Source: a virus (Duplodnaviria; Heunggongvirae; Uroviricota; Caudoviricetes). Taken from it: DNA of 64,000 bases. Position 1 is the stretch's first letter, and each line of letters opens with the position of its first letter. Shown here one piece after another: positions 1 through 9,424 of this stretch. A model generated the notes under the pieces. That model did no database searches. It was not told where the DNA came from and saw only the letters and a list, made by a program, of their open reading frames with translations. Made by a program: the position numbers and the translations under genes. The stretch lies in the IMG/VR virus record IMGVR_UViG_3300009788_000100. One strand, written 5' to 3'.

Positions 1-918
1 CCTTAGTTCGCTCAATAAAGCCAAGCAAGATTAGATAGGGCTCATTAACCTCTGCAATTGTACGCTGGTCTAAGTTTGTTTTCACCGCTAAACTGTCTAA
101 CCCCTTGGGGGACTCACTATCATACAGCTCTTGCATAATAATTGTATCTGATTCAGTTAGTCCTAAGTGGTCGATGCCTTGAAGTTGGAATTGAGCTCTA
201 GCGGTATCGGCTGTAATCTTATTTTTTCCCATGAAGGACATGAAGTCGTGGGTAGCATCTAGATACCGAACAAGGATTCGCGGTGTCCCCCGCCCACGCT
301 GGGCAATTTCCTCAATAGCCTCGGGGCTAATAAATATCCCCTTTTTATTCGCATGAAGAGCGACAATGAGTTTAGACTCTTCATAGCTGTAGCTTCCAAA
401 GATCATTGTAAACTTGAATCGATCCCGGAAGGGTTTTGATAGGTCCCCTTCTTTAGTTGTTGCACAAATAAGAGTAAACTCCGGTACCCAGGCGGTCTGG
501 GGGCGCTTGTTGCGTCCACGACCCACCATGTAGGTATGCCGAAAGTTTTCCATTGCGATGCCCAGCATCTCCTCGCTTTTTAAAGTTAGCCGGTGCGCCT
601 CGTCGATGAATACAATTGCAGGATTTATTTCGCCTATTTTTTCTCCGGTCTTGGGGTCGTAACCATCGCCGGGAAATCTCTCAAATAGTCTTGCTAGGTC
701 TTCGGAGGATCGCACCGATTCTGAACTAATTTCAAAGAAAGGAGTATCGTCTAAATGGGAGACAGCTTTGGCTGTTGTTGTTTTTCCACAACCCGCCAGT
801 CCTGAGAATAAAATGTGGCGCATAGCCCTGTTATGTAGCCGGGCTGCGCCGTGAGCAATAGTTAGCTGTGTACGTATCGCTTTCCCCCCGATTAGGTCTG
901 CAAGATGTAGTTTACCCA
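1..918 (-). CDS. ruvB: RuvB-like AAA+ Holliday-junction ATPase, C-terminus cut by window edge
   Basis: Minus-strand translation starts MGKLHLADL at 918 and runs off coordinate 1. Motifs FSGLAGCGKTT (Walker A), IVFIDEAHRL (Walker B), FTLICATTKEGDLSKPFRDRF, RGTPRILVRYLD and EPYLILLGFIERT align closely with E. coli RuvB (LIFGPPGLGKTT / VLFIDEIHRL / [21 protein letters not shown] / RGTPRIANRLLRRV / EPYLIQQGFLQRT). Confidence 0.7.
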
Positions 919-1436
919 TTAGAGGCCGCCTTTCCTGGTTTAGTCTTCTTTGAATAGTAAGCCTCTTGCAGCTTATTGTCAAGATCCGACCCAGGAAAAA
1001 TCAGTACAGCATTGCAGATATCGTGGTATTTTTTGATAATATCTTTAATGGCCTTGTGGTAGTAGTCGCAACCTCGAATCTTACCTAGAGGTTCGTTTTC
1101 TGCCCTTACCCAACCAGCGTCTATATCTTCACTTTCAATTGCGTCGGCTTCTTCTTCTTGCCACCTTTTCCTCATCACCTTGTGGAAGATAGTCACCCAA
1201 GAAGAGGGGTTCTCTTTTTTGAAAACTATTACATTGGTTTTGTCTAAGGAGTCAGTGATTTCAAGCCTTAGAGGCAACCATGCGTCGATGTCCAGTGTGC
1301 CGGGAGCCGTTGTCTTACCTGTTAGCCAACTAACGTTTAGCCTATTATTGCTATGCAGCGAGTGCAGCAAGGCTGCGCGTGGGACTAAAGTCTTCTTGGA
1401 CTCGATCACTAGCTTTAGGTGGGCGATACGGCTCAT
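912..1436 (-). CDS. hypothetical protein immediately upstream of the RuvB-like gene
   Basis: 174-aa ORF overlapping the RuvB-like start by a few nt. Acidic mid-region; no motif recognised. The true start may be an internal Met, because the 5' part overlaps the GNAT ORF. Confidence 0.3.
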   Translation of the reverse strand: MSRIAHLKLVIESKKTLVPRAALLHSLHSNNRLNVSWLTGKTTAPGTLDIDAWLPLRLEITDSLDKTNVIVFKKENPSSWVTIFHKVMRKRWQEEEADAIESEDIDAGWVRAENEPLGKIRGCDYYHKAIKDIIKKYHDICNAVLIFPGSDLDNKLQEAYYSKKTKPGKAASNG

Positions 1437-1854
1437 TTTCTCTCAACAGAAGGTGAACTTTGTAGTCTGATACAGTAGAGGTTGCTGAAATGTGAAAACC
1501 CATAGATACAAACAGTGCAATCGAGGCTTCATTATCAGCGCGAATAGTAGCGAAAAGTAGGGGTGTTATCGCTGTAGCCATCGCTTTCTTCAACAAGCCC
1601 CGACCGAGCCCCGCCCTACGAAGAATAGGGTGCACCACGAGGTGCTTGACCTCCGACAATAAGAAGCTCACACGTTGAACTCCAATACTACCGAAGACCA
1701 AACCCCCGAGGACTTCTGGAAGGTACACCGTTTTTGAGTTCAATACCTTAAAGGCATTGTACGGGGTGCGTAGCCGGTTATGTAGGTTAAGTAGGTGGGC
1801 TACTTGTGCAGCAATAACTTCCGTGGGTAGTTTTGAATTACCCAGTTGAGGCAC
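1351..1854 (-). CDS. GNAT-family N-acetyltransferase
   Basis: 167 aa. Motif VHPILRRAGLGRGLL matches GNAT motif A (Q/R-x-x-G-x-G/A acetyl-CoA site). Stop overlaps the next gene (coupled). Confidence 0.6.
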   Translation of the reverse strand: MPQLGNSKLPTEVIAAQVAHLLNLHNRLRTPYNAFKVLNSKTVYLPEVLGGLVFGSIGVQRVSFLLSEVKHLVVHPILRRAGLGRGLLKKAMATAITPLLFATIRADNEASIALFVSMGFHISATSTVSDYKVHLLLRENEPYRPPKASDRVQEDFSPTRSLAALAA

Positions 1855-2827
1855 CTGTGAGCCCGCCCTTCATCTTCCGGAGCTCAACAAGAATTGCATC
1901 CGTCTCCGCATCGGTAGCGTCGTGCACTAGGGAAAGAAGGAGCTCTCGGGAGGTCATAGCCTTCTCTGTTACCCAAGCAGCAATCGCTGCAATAATGGGT
2001 TGTTGAATTGAAACTACCTCCCGAAGGTTGGGGGTGGTAACTACGTTCAATACTAGGGGAGCACCGGACTCGGTAATTACCACATCAACCGCGCAGAAGT
2101 CGAACTCGAGTGCTTTACACACCTCAACAGCACACTGCCGTGTCGTCTCAGAGAAAGCAGTATAGGGCATCCAGTAGGATTTCGCTGGCGCCACTACCTT
2201 CTCGTCTAGCGCTCTCTGCATCACGTGGCGGTATGCCGCCTCGGAAATGCTATCTTCGTCTCCGCCAAACAACTGCGTGGCGGCAAGGTCGGCGAAGCTG
2301 GCATTGGTGGGGGTAGTTTTGCGAGTGCAGGCAACAACATCATTCCCGACAACAAATAGCCGAATACGCTCCTTACTGAGGAAAGCACGTTGGATTGCCA
2401 GAGTGCACCCATCTGCCATTGCCGCCTGAATATCCCCCTGATTTTTGACCAGGCGGGCCATGGAGCCGTTGTTTTTGCAGGCAACGAATCCTGCTGAAGG
2501 CGTAGCGTTCAGCAAGTTACAGGTGTTTTCGTACCCTGTAGATGCCGCAAGTAAAAACACACCCAGTGTAATAGTTCCCGTTTCGCCAATCTTTGCGAAC
2601 ATAGTTCGCCGGTCAGTGTACTTTCGTACTTTACGTGGGTCGTTAAACAGGCTTCGAAAATTGCGCCTTTCCCACTTGAAGATATCGCTAGGGCCGGCGC
2701 CCCAACAAACGGCTGTGCCGTTAAACCCACTAGGGGGAACGAGACCTCGTAAGCTGGTGTTAAGTTGTGAAGCGAGCCAGGTTGCGGTTTCCGCCGATGC
2801 TTTTGAGTGCCAAATGAAATTGTCCAT
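1838..2827 (-). CDS. ATP-grasp-fold enzyme (RimK / glutathione-synthetase-like ligase)
   Basis: 329 aa. C-terminal FDFCAVDVVITESGAPLVLNVVTTPNL resembles the ATP-grasp GLDVAGVDIL...PLVMEVNASPGL block, with the catalytic E/N positions partly substituted. Overlaps neighbours on both sides. Confidence 0.45.
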   Translation of the reverse strand: MDNFIWHSKASAETATWLASQLNTSLRGLVPPSGFNGTAVCWGAGPSDIFKWERRNFRSLFNDPRKVRKYTDRRTMFAKIGETGTITLGVFLLAASTGYENTCNLLNATPSAGFVACKNNGSMARLVKNQGDIQAAMADGCTLAIQRAFLSKERIRLFVVGNDVVACTRKTTPTNASFADLAATQLFGGDEDSISEAAYRHVMQRALDEKVVAPAKSYWMPYTAFSETTRQCAVEVCKALEFDFCAVDVVITESGAPLVLNVVTTPNLREVVSIQQPIIAAIAAWVTEKAMTSRELLLSLVHDATDAETDAILVELRKMKGGLTGASTG

Positions 2828-2830
2828 GTT

Positions 2831-4069
2831 TTATCCTCTCACGAATAGAGACCCTTTTGCCAACCATGTATCCCGAACATCGAGATTTAGGCGCCCTTGG
2901 TCTTTTTCAGTCATACGAACAAGGCTTAGAAATTCGTCTATTTCCGCCTTGTATTTAGAATAGTTATCTAGTGACCGCAGTTTCTTTGCTACCCCGTCCA
3001 ACAAAGATGTACTTACTGTATTAGGATCGGCAGAGTTGATAGCTCCTTGGACGTCTTCTATCCGACTAACCTTTCGGCTTTTAAGAAATCCCTTTCTATC
3101 AACCCTTGCACAAATCCACTCATCGTTAAACGACTTATCTGCCATGTCCTGTAAACATGATTCTACTACAGCTTTAGAAGCGCCGAGCACTGCTGTTGCA
3201 AATGTAGGGTGGCTTAACCATAAACCGGAGGGCACCCGCCACTCGAAGCGCCCCTCCTTAACTCTGTAGTCTCCCCAGCGGCCGTACCTTCCGTAGTTAC
3301 CCCACTTCTCATTACGGCGGTGGTGCGGCATGGGGGTATCAACCTTGACGAGAGCTAGGGCAACCGTTTCGTCTAAAACACGCACCGTTTGTTTATAGAT
3401 GCTGTTCTTCTGGTCTTCAGGAAGTTCCCTTGGATTACCAAACTGTATATGGCCGCCGATGTGAACGATGCGCGCTGTAGGGTTGGGACTTTTATAAGAA
3501 GCGCCGGAGCGCCACAGATATGGATTAAGTTTTCCTGCGTCTCGTTGTAAAATTGTTTTAATGTTTGCAACGAGTCCCGCCGGGGTTAAAGTCGGCGGCG
3601 GCCTTACCTCTACTAGCGGGCCATCGTGTCCAAGCTCATCCTCTAAAGAAAGCCCTGTAAGGTGTTCTGCGTATTTATAGGTAAGAGTCTCCGGATCAAC
3701 TATGGCAAACTCGGGGTCTCCTCCAATTAAAATGTTGCCTACTCCATCGGAGATATAGGCTTTTTTAGAGTCCGTGGTAACGCGGCAGAAAATCTCCGGA
3801 GAAACGAAACAAGTTATACATGCTTCTTCTCTTGTTATTTCTCCTTTGGCTATCTCTACTGTTAGATTACGGGAATCTTCGGTGTACGCGTTATTCACTT
3901 GCAAGAAAACTTGTTGTTCCCCCGCCGTGAGTGCGAGTGTAGCCCCCGGGGAAAGGCCGTGGTGCTGCCGTGTTCTCTTAGGAAGCCGGATAAGCCCCTG
4001 CTCTCCGGGTTTCCCGGGTCCCATCTTGTCGGAGACAACAAGACGGATACCAGCATTTTTATTCTGCAC
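2831..4069 (-). CDS. carboxylate-amine ligase (YbdK/GCS2-like 'amidoligase'), paralog 1
   Basis: 412 aa. N-terminal IGGDPEFAIVDPE (compare YbdK LGIELEMQVVN metal-binding block) and GGHIQFGNPRE (compare YbdK FGQHVHVG). The same two motifs recur in the ORFs at 9418 and 30344. Confidence 0.55.
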   Translation of the reverse strand: MQNKNAGIRLVVSDKMGPGKPGEQGLIRLPKRTRQHHGLSPGATLALTAGEQQVFLQVNNAYTEDSRNLTVEIAKGEITREEACITCFVSPEIFCRVTTDSKKAYISDGVGNILIGGDPEFAIVDPETLTYKYAEHLTGLSLEDELGHDGPLVEVRPPPTLTPAGLVANIKTILQRDAGKLNPYLWRSGASYKSPNPTARIVHIGGHIQFGNPRELPEDQKNSIYKQTVRVLDETVALALVKVDTPMPHHRRNEKWGNYGRYGRWGDYRVKEGRFEWRVPSGLWLSHPTFATAVLGASKAVVESCLQDMADKSFNDEWICARVDRKGFLKSRKVSRIEDVQGAINSADPNTVSTSLLDGVAKKLRSLDNYSKYKAEIDEFLSLVRMTEKDQGRLNLDVRDTWLAKGSLFVRG

Positions 4070-4076
4070 TTCGCTC

Positions 4077-5909
4077 CTAGTTTTTAATGCTCTTTAGAAC
4101 TGCACGCGTGTCTTTCGCAGTTTCGTTTGTGGCCATTTTTGCGGTTTGGGAAAATCCTTGGGTAATAACTTGAAGGTTTTGCTCACTGAAGAGCTCCCGG
4201 ACCATGCTGGAGGAGACGTTTTGAAAGCCCGGGGCCGTTGTTATAAAGTCTTCTAGATCAGAATCGAACTCTAAGCAAGTCTCACCCAAGGCGTTTTCTT
4301 CAACGGTTCCCAGTCCGTGAGTAACGATGGCTGCTAGCAGGAAGCCTTTCATGTTAGCAATGAACGCCGCTGCCCTGCGCTGTTTAGTCTTAGCGTCCAT
4401 CAGCTTGCTGCGGAGACTTACCGATTCGTGCTCCAAGCTTTTGATTATCTCAGAGTCGTCTGAGGCGGTATCACTGGAAGCCTGTGCCGCGGCCCCTTTA
4501 CGAAAGCCAGTAGCGTACCCCTCACCAAAAGCTTCCGGGTACAGTTGGTGCACTAGCTCACCGGCGTCGCCTTCCGCGACTCCCTTAATGGAGACGTAGT
4601 CAGCGAACTTACCCGCGTGGCGGTTAAGCAGTAAGTTCTCGTCATCCCGTGCACCTTCTCCAAGGGCCCACTCGGCCCCTTGTTTACAAAGTTCGTCCAC
4701 GGTGTAGGTATCTCCAACGTTTGTGTCTTCGCCCATATCATCCATAATTTCGGTGTCATTAACAACTTGTGTTTTAGCTTTCTCTGCTCCATACCCAGAG
4801 AGGTCGACGACTTCGGCCTGCGCCAACGTTGAACGCTTTGCCGGCTTTGAGGTGTTTACACCACCTGTTTCGCTGTCGGAAGAACCGCTGCTTGTGCCCG
4901 CACCGGAACTACGGAAGGATGTTTTGGGAGCAGAGAGTCCTTGTTTGTGACCGTTACCTTGATTTTTTGAATGGTTCGGTTTATCTGTTTTATACTCGTC
5001 CAAAACGTCCGGGCATTCAACCAGAGGAAACATTTCGGAGAGTGAGACAGTATCATCCATGGACTGGGAAACGTCGATAACACCACCCTTATCCAAGGGA
5101 ATTTTCATCCACTCGCACGACAGCTCTGGGAGATTTCGGTCCAACGACATCCGCGCCCGCGTGTACACATCTAAGGCAGTGTTAAGGAAGCGCTGTTCAG
5201 AGCAGATCACAGCGAGCCCAAGCTCTCGAATGTAAGCGAGTTCCAGGGGGCGCTCGTGATTGCGGAAATAAATAACCTTTTCGGGATGGTTTCTATTGTA
5301 CGCAAAGACTGCCCGGGGGCCAACAATTCGCTCAGTAACGAATTTAATATCCTCTTCCCCCAGAGCTCGATCATTAGCGTTTTCTGCAAGGAGTTGGAAG
5401 ACGGCCTCAGAATCTACTTCTCCCATGCGAGTCATTTCGCTGTGTTTGTTGTAGATCTCTTTGCAGTTTTTAATGCCACCATTATGAACGCCGATAATGT
5501 TACCAACCAAAATAGGATGGTTGTTAACAGGGTGGTACTCTGACCCAACGGTTTTCGCCCGGGTGTGCCCCAAGATGTGTAACAGGGGGCGCTTTACTTC
5601 ACAGGCTACATCCATTAGGTTAAAAATGTCAGCGCCCTCTTCCTGGCCTTTGTAGCGGGGGCTGGTGCCATCGTTATTATAAAAATCCCCTGTGTCGACC
5701 GGCTGTTTAAGTACGGTCCAAAAGTAGGGACCCTGGGGGTCGGTTTCTCGTTGTCCAAAAGAGAGGGCAATTCCTGTTGCATCTTTTCCACGCGCGACGG
5801 TTTCTAACAGCGTCTCGTTGTGGATGTACAAAGAAATCAGACGCCGCGACGCCGGGCCTACCGCTTGGTTTGAAGTTTTTAGGGGAAAAACCCCTACGAT
5901 TCCGCACAT
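4077..5909 (-). CDS. class-II (Ntn) glutamine amidotransferase domain protein with long acidic/low-complexity C-terminal region
   Basis: 610 aa starting MCGIVGVF, the Met-Cys N-terminus diagnostic of Ntn-type GATases (PurF/GlmS/AsnB). The C-terminal ~300 aa are S/D/E-rich with no synthetase domain recognised. Confidence 0.7.
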   Translation of the reverse strand: MCGIVGVFPLKTSNQAVGPASRRLISLYIHNETLLETVARGKDATGIALSFGQRETDPQGPYFWTVLKQPVDTGDFYNNDGTSPRYKGQEEGADIFNLMDVACEVKRPLLHILGHTRAKTVGSEYHPVNNHPILVGNIIGVHNGGIKNCKEIYNKHSEMTRMGEVDSEAVFQLLAENANDRALGEEDIKFVTERIVGPRAVFAYNRNHPEKVIYFRNHERPLELAYIRELGLAVICSEQRFLNTALDVYTRARMSLDRNLPELSCEWMKIPLDKGGVIDVSQSMDDTVSLSEMFPLVECPDVLDEYKTDKPNHSKNQGNGHKQGLSAPKTSFRSSGAGTSSGSSDSETGGVNTSKPAKRSTLAQAEVVDLSGYGAEKAKTQVVNDTEIMDDMGEDTNVGDTYTVDELCKQGAEWALGEGARDDENLLLNRHAGKFADYVSIKGVAEGDAGELVHQLYPEAFGEGYATGFRKGAAAQASSDTASDDSEIIKSLEHESVSLRSKLMDAKTKQRRAAAFIANMKGFLLAAIVTHGLGTVEENALGETCLEFDSDLEDFITTAPGFQNVSSSMVRELFSEQNLQVITQGFSQTAKMATNETAKDTRAVLKSIKN

Positions 5910-5910
5910 A

Positions 5911-6831
5911 TTATGATTGTCCTCCCGACGCGACCCACGTTACGTTATCTGTGGCATACTCGGTAATAGTGTTTACATTTATTACCGACTCTTTCACATC
6001 CCACCCCGACTCCGGTGGTTTCTTATATGTATCTAAATCGTGGCGCTGTTTTGTGGCTTCTAGTGGTGACATAAAACCACCGTAAAAAGAGATTAACTTG
6101 GCAGACGTGGTTGTTTCTCGTTTAAGATCTACACCGTCTAGATGTGTAATGTAATTAGAGTTCTTGCTAAATAGATAGACATCGCTGTTCATCCTAGAAG
6201 CATAAACTCCTGCTTTACGATCTCTACCGTTGGGCCAAGGGCGAGTAATAACTTCTATCGCTGCCCCGCAGAGTGTTTCCGCTTCATAGGTGGGGACTAT
6301 TGTATCCAGCCCGTATAAACGTGCCTCGATGAGCACCGCCGGTGGAGTACCCGGTATGGCCTCTCTTTTCCACAAAATTTGGCAAGGATACTTTTTACCA
6401 ACTTCGTGGAGCAACGCCAAGATGGAACGCTTGCCCACTACGTTAAAGTAAACGGATGCGTCTGTTAACCGATCAATGTCGGCGAGGCTCTTGAGGGGAG
6501 ACCTTTTATACAAGGACACCGGCACGCGGTCTACTACATGTAAATCTCTGGGAGAAAGTAATTGACCTTCCTCTGCCAAGATCTCCGGGTCCAGGGGGTT
6601 GTGCTCATTGCGGACGAAAGCCAGCCTAGAGTTAGGCACTATCAAAGGAAATCTTACTGGTATTAAGTTATCCTTGCGTGCTTTACCGTATTTTTCTTTG
6701 TAGACACTTTCCTCCAAAAGACTACGCAGGGTTTCTCCTAGACAGCCGTAGAAGGGGGGGATGTTTAGTTTGGCTTTAGTCTTCCCGGCGGGAACGCCAG
6801 GAAAAAACTCGACCGTTATCAACTCATTCAT
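5911..6831 (-). CDS. hypothetical protein, operon member between the two GAT-II genes
   Basis: 306 aa. Start is 2 nt after the upstream stop, and its own start overlaps the next gene (6828..6831). No confident motif. Confidence 0.35.
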   Translation of the reverse strand: MNELITVEFFPGVPAGKTKAKLNIPPFYGCLGETLRSLLEESVYKEKYGKARKDNLIPVRFPLIVPNSRLAFVRNEHNPLDPEILAEEGQLLSPRDLHVVDRVPVSLYKRSPLKSLADIDRLTDASVYFNVVGKRSILALLHEVGKKYPCQILWKREAIPGTPPAVLIEARLYGLDTIVPTYEAETLCGAAIEVITRPWPNGRDRKAGVYASRMNSDVYLFSKNSNYITHLDGVDLKRETTTSAKLISFYGGFMSPLEATKQRHDLDTYKKPPESGWDVKESVINVNTITEYATDNVTWVASGGQS

Positions 6832-7778
6832 GCCCTTTTACCGCGGCCTTCTGTGACCTCGTAGTCATCTTTATATTTAACTAACATTTTAGCTCTGGCG
6901 ATTATCGACTGACTCGGAGGTAAGTCCCTCTTGCCCAATAATAGGGTGGAGTAATCGCTGGGGGCGTCGCCATCAAGGGTGATCAGCTGGTTGGGTGCAA
7001 GCTTGTAGCGTTTGAGGGGCTTACGGATTTCGTCTTCTAAAGAATTATTAATGTAACTCCACCGAGAAGCAAAAACAGCTATTTCCGGGGTGCCGCACCA
7101 ACCTAAAGACAGTGGTGCCTCTCGGTCCCGAGCTAATAATATTTTGCCTGGTTCTTTCAGGCACACGACAGCAACTGCATACCAACCCCGCACTTCGTGT
7201 AGAGCCGCCGCTAGTGCGGTTTCAGGCTCGACCGCACTGCCGGATAGAAGTTTTCGGTGTGTAAGGGCAAAGATAATCTCACTATCGCACTTACTTTTTG
7301 GCTGCAAATAACCGGAATATCGGGCCCAAAGTTTGGCGTCGTTAATTACCCTCCCGTTGTGAACCCCAACGATGTCGCCATAAAAGTGCGGGTGGTTGTT
7401 AGTGTTGTCCTCTGCTCCGGAGATACTACCACTGACCGCCCGCGTATGGCCCACTATAGACAGTGTACTATTATTAACACGATCTAAAAGACTCGAGTAT
7501 TCGTTAGTTTCGACAAAATCTTTAGCACATAGGGGGGCACGAAGAATATATACTTTTGGTTTGGCTTCGGCATTCTCTCTAGAGACAAGCATTACGCCAG
7601 TAGCAGCTGAGCCCCTCTCTTGGGCCTCCACCAACATTTTGGTGAATGTTTCTTTTACTGCATTAATCTTAGTGCCCCTATAGTCAGAGTCTCTTTTAAA
7701 GGAGAACCCTACGATTCCACACATTATTTCTGTATACCTTTCTAGGCTACTAAGAATCCGCCGTGCTCTGAAGACCAA
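6828..7778 (-). CDS. stand-alone class-II (Ntn) glutamine amidotransferase
   Basis: 316 aa. MCGIVGFSFKRD N-terminal nucleophile Cys. SIVGHTRAVSGS and NHPHFYGDIVGVHNGRVIN blocks parallel the 4077 paralog (LHILGHTRAKTVGS / NNHPILVGNIIGVHNGGIKN). Confidence 0.7.
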   Translation of the reverse strand: MVFRARRILSSLERYTEIMCGIVGFSFKRDSDYRGTKINAVKETFTKMLVEAQERGSAATGVMLVSRENAEAKPKVYILRAPLCAKDFVETNEYSSLLDRVNNSTLSIVGHTRAVSGSISGAEDNTNNHPHFYGDIVGVHNGRVINDAKLWARYSGYLQPKSKCDSEIIFALTHRKLLSGSAVEPETALAAALHEVRGWYAVAVVCLKEPGKILLARDREAPLSLGWCGTPEIAVFASRWSYINNSLEDEIRKPLKRYKLAPNQLITLDGDAPSDYSTLLLGKRDLPPSQSIIARAKMLVKYKDDYEVTEGRGKRA

Positions 7779-9424
7779 TTTATTTTCTGCTGAGCAGCTA
7801 ATTGTGCAGCAAACTCTTTAAGCTCGGTGTGTAGAGCGTTGGTCTCTTCTTCACTTTGACTAGCACCGGTTTCTCGTGCAAGTTGGTCAGCGGCAGCGCT
7901 AACCCACTCTTCAGAGCTACCGCACTCGGATATTGCCCCAAGATTAGCTATGCGGAGGATGTACTCTTCGTGTTCGTGCACATCCGTGCGGTACGGCATA
8001 AGATCAGTTTCGATCTTCTCCCAAGAATCCCCTCGGATAAGGCGCAGTGCTATAGGCATTTCCGCTAATTCTCGCAGAATTGCATCCGCCGGATAAAGCT
8101 CCGAGAGCGTATTCTTCACTAGCCTAATTAGCTGGTGTGATTGTTTGGTGAGCTCCGGAATATAAGGATCCAAGCGGCTAGTATCAGAAACACGGGTAGA
8201 GGCACCATCACTTCCCCAGGAGCTGTCGTTGTTGCAGAGGTGACTATATATCTCCTTCTGCAGCGCCATATACTCTTGGTTGCCTGATTTTAGAATACCA
8301 TGGCGTGAGACCTCTACCGCCTTGATCATCAACCCAAACAGAAGGCAAACGTGTGCCGTAATGGCTGCCGGAGAGGTACACCCGTCCATGTAGCGGCCCT
8401 CGACGTGAAGGCGATCTACTTCGCCCTCGTCGTTGAACTCAATCTGTTCGTAGTTAATAAATCCGTATTTTCGCTTGCTCTTACTCGCGTTTCCTACTTC
8501 TCTGACAACAACCGGCATTTTATAGCGGATTGCTGAGTAGGGAAGGATTGTTTTTCTGAATTTTTCCCACCGCGTAATGCTGTTTTTGTGTGCCCCGGCC
8601 GCACTAAGCCACACGAGAGCACTTTGGTAACGCCGTACAAGCTGATGAAAGTTAGCGAGAATAATCTCAGGAACAGCTCTCTCCAACTCTGTAATCGCCC
8701 CGCGAAGGTATTTAGTGCCTCTGTCTCCCTCCCCAAATTCTGGAGTTAAGTAGGAGGCTAGAATATGCACGTGAATAGAACAACGTTCATTGCTGTAGGC
8801 CCCGCGCTCCTTGCAGATGTTCAGAATTCCCCGCATCATGTCGTAGATGGGGGCGAATTGAACGCGCCGCCCTACCGTTGCTACTTCGATGCCGCCGTCC
8901 CCCAGCAGGGAACCGTCGCGACAAACCTTGTATGTTCCCGTGGCCCCGTACTGCCCAACAAATCGGGTCGGCTTCAGTTTTTTGCCGATATCATCGCGAA
9001 TCTTACGCGGATCTTTATCAATGTCGTATAACTCAGGACAGGCGGCGCACCCTCGGTCGAAGTCGCTGCACTTAGAACACGGGGATTTGAAGGCTACGCA
9101 ATACACTCCTGCGCACTTCTCTTGCTGAGCAATTTCGCAGTTACCGTTATTCCAAAGAGTACATTGCTCGAAACACGATTTGGTTTCGGGCATCGGTTTG
9201 GTCGCATCATAGGGAACTTGGCATTTACAAAGGAAGTTTTGACGGTCGCACCGCCCGTGGACTTCCGGTAAATTGAGCTCCACTTCGATACCGGCTTTCA
9301 GCAAACGCTGTAGTGTCTGCTTCCAGTAACGGACTTCTTTAGCGTCAAGTGCTGGCCGAGAGGGCTTTTCGACAAAGACCCATTCACTAGACTGGTTTTT
9401 CATATTCTCCCCGCGGTTTACCAA
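7742..9424 (-). CDS. large Cys-rich protein of the operon, possibly a divergent amidoligase-like enzyme
   Basis: 560 aa. N-terminal Cys cluster (CKCQVP...CFEQC...CEIAQQEKCAGVYC...CSKCSDFDRGCAACPE), then GDGGIEVATVG and CSIHVHI, which loosely echo amidoligase E-x-E and HVHV motifs with atypical spacing. Overlaps both neighbours. Confidence 0.4.
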   Translation of the reverse strand: MVNRGENMKNQSSEWVFVEKPSRPALDAKEVRYWKQTLQRLLKAGIEVELNLPEVHGRCDRQNFLCKCQVPYDATKPMPETKSCFEQCTLWNNGNCEIAQQEKCAGVYCVAFKSPCSKCSDFDRGCAACPELYDIDKDPRKIRDDIGKKLKPTRFVGQYGATGTYKVCRDGSLLGDGGIEVATVGRRVQFAPIYDMMRGILNICKERGAYSNERCSIHVHILASYLTPEFGEGDRGTKYLRGAITELERAVPEIILANFHQLVRRYQSALVWLSAAGAHKNSITRWEKFRKTILPYSAIRYKMPVVVREVGNASKSKRKYGFINYEQIEFNDEGEVDRLHVEGRYMDGCTSPAAITAHVCLLFGLMIKAVEVSRHGILKSGNQEYMALQKEIYSHLCNNDSSWGSDGASTRVSDTSRLDPYIPELTKQSHQLIRLVKNTLSELYPADAILRELAEMPIALRLIRGDSWEKIETDLMPYRTDVHEHEEYILRIANLGAISECGSSEEWVSAAADQLARETGASQSEEETNALHTELKEFAAQLAAQQKINWSSEHGGFLVA

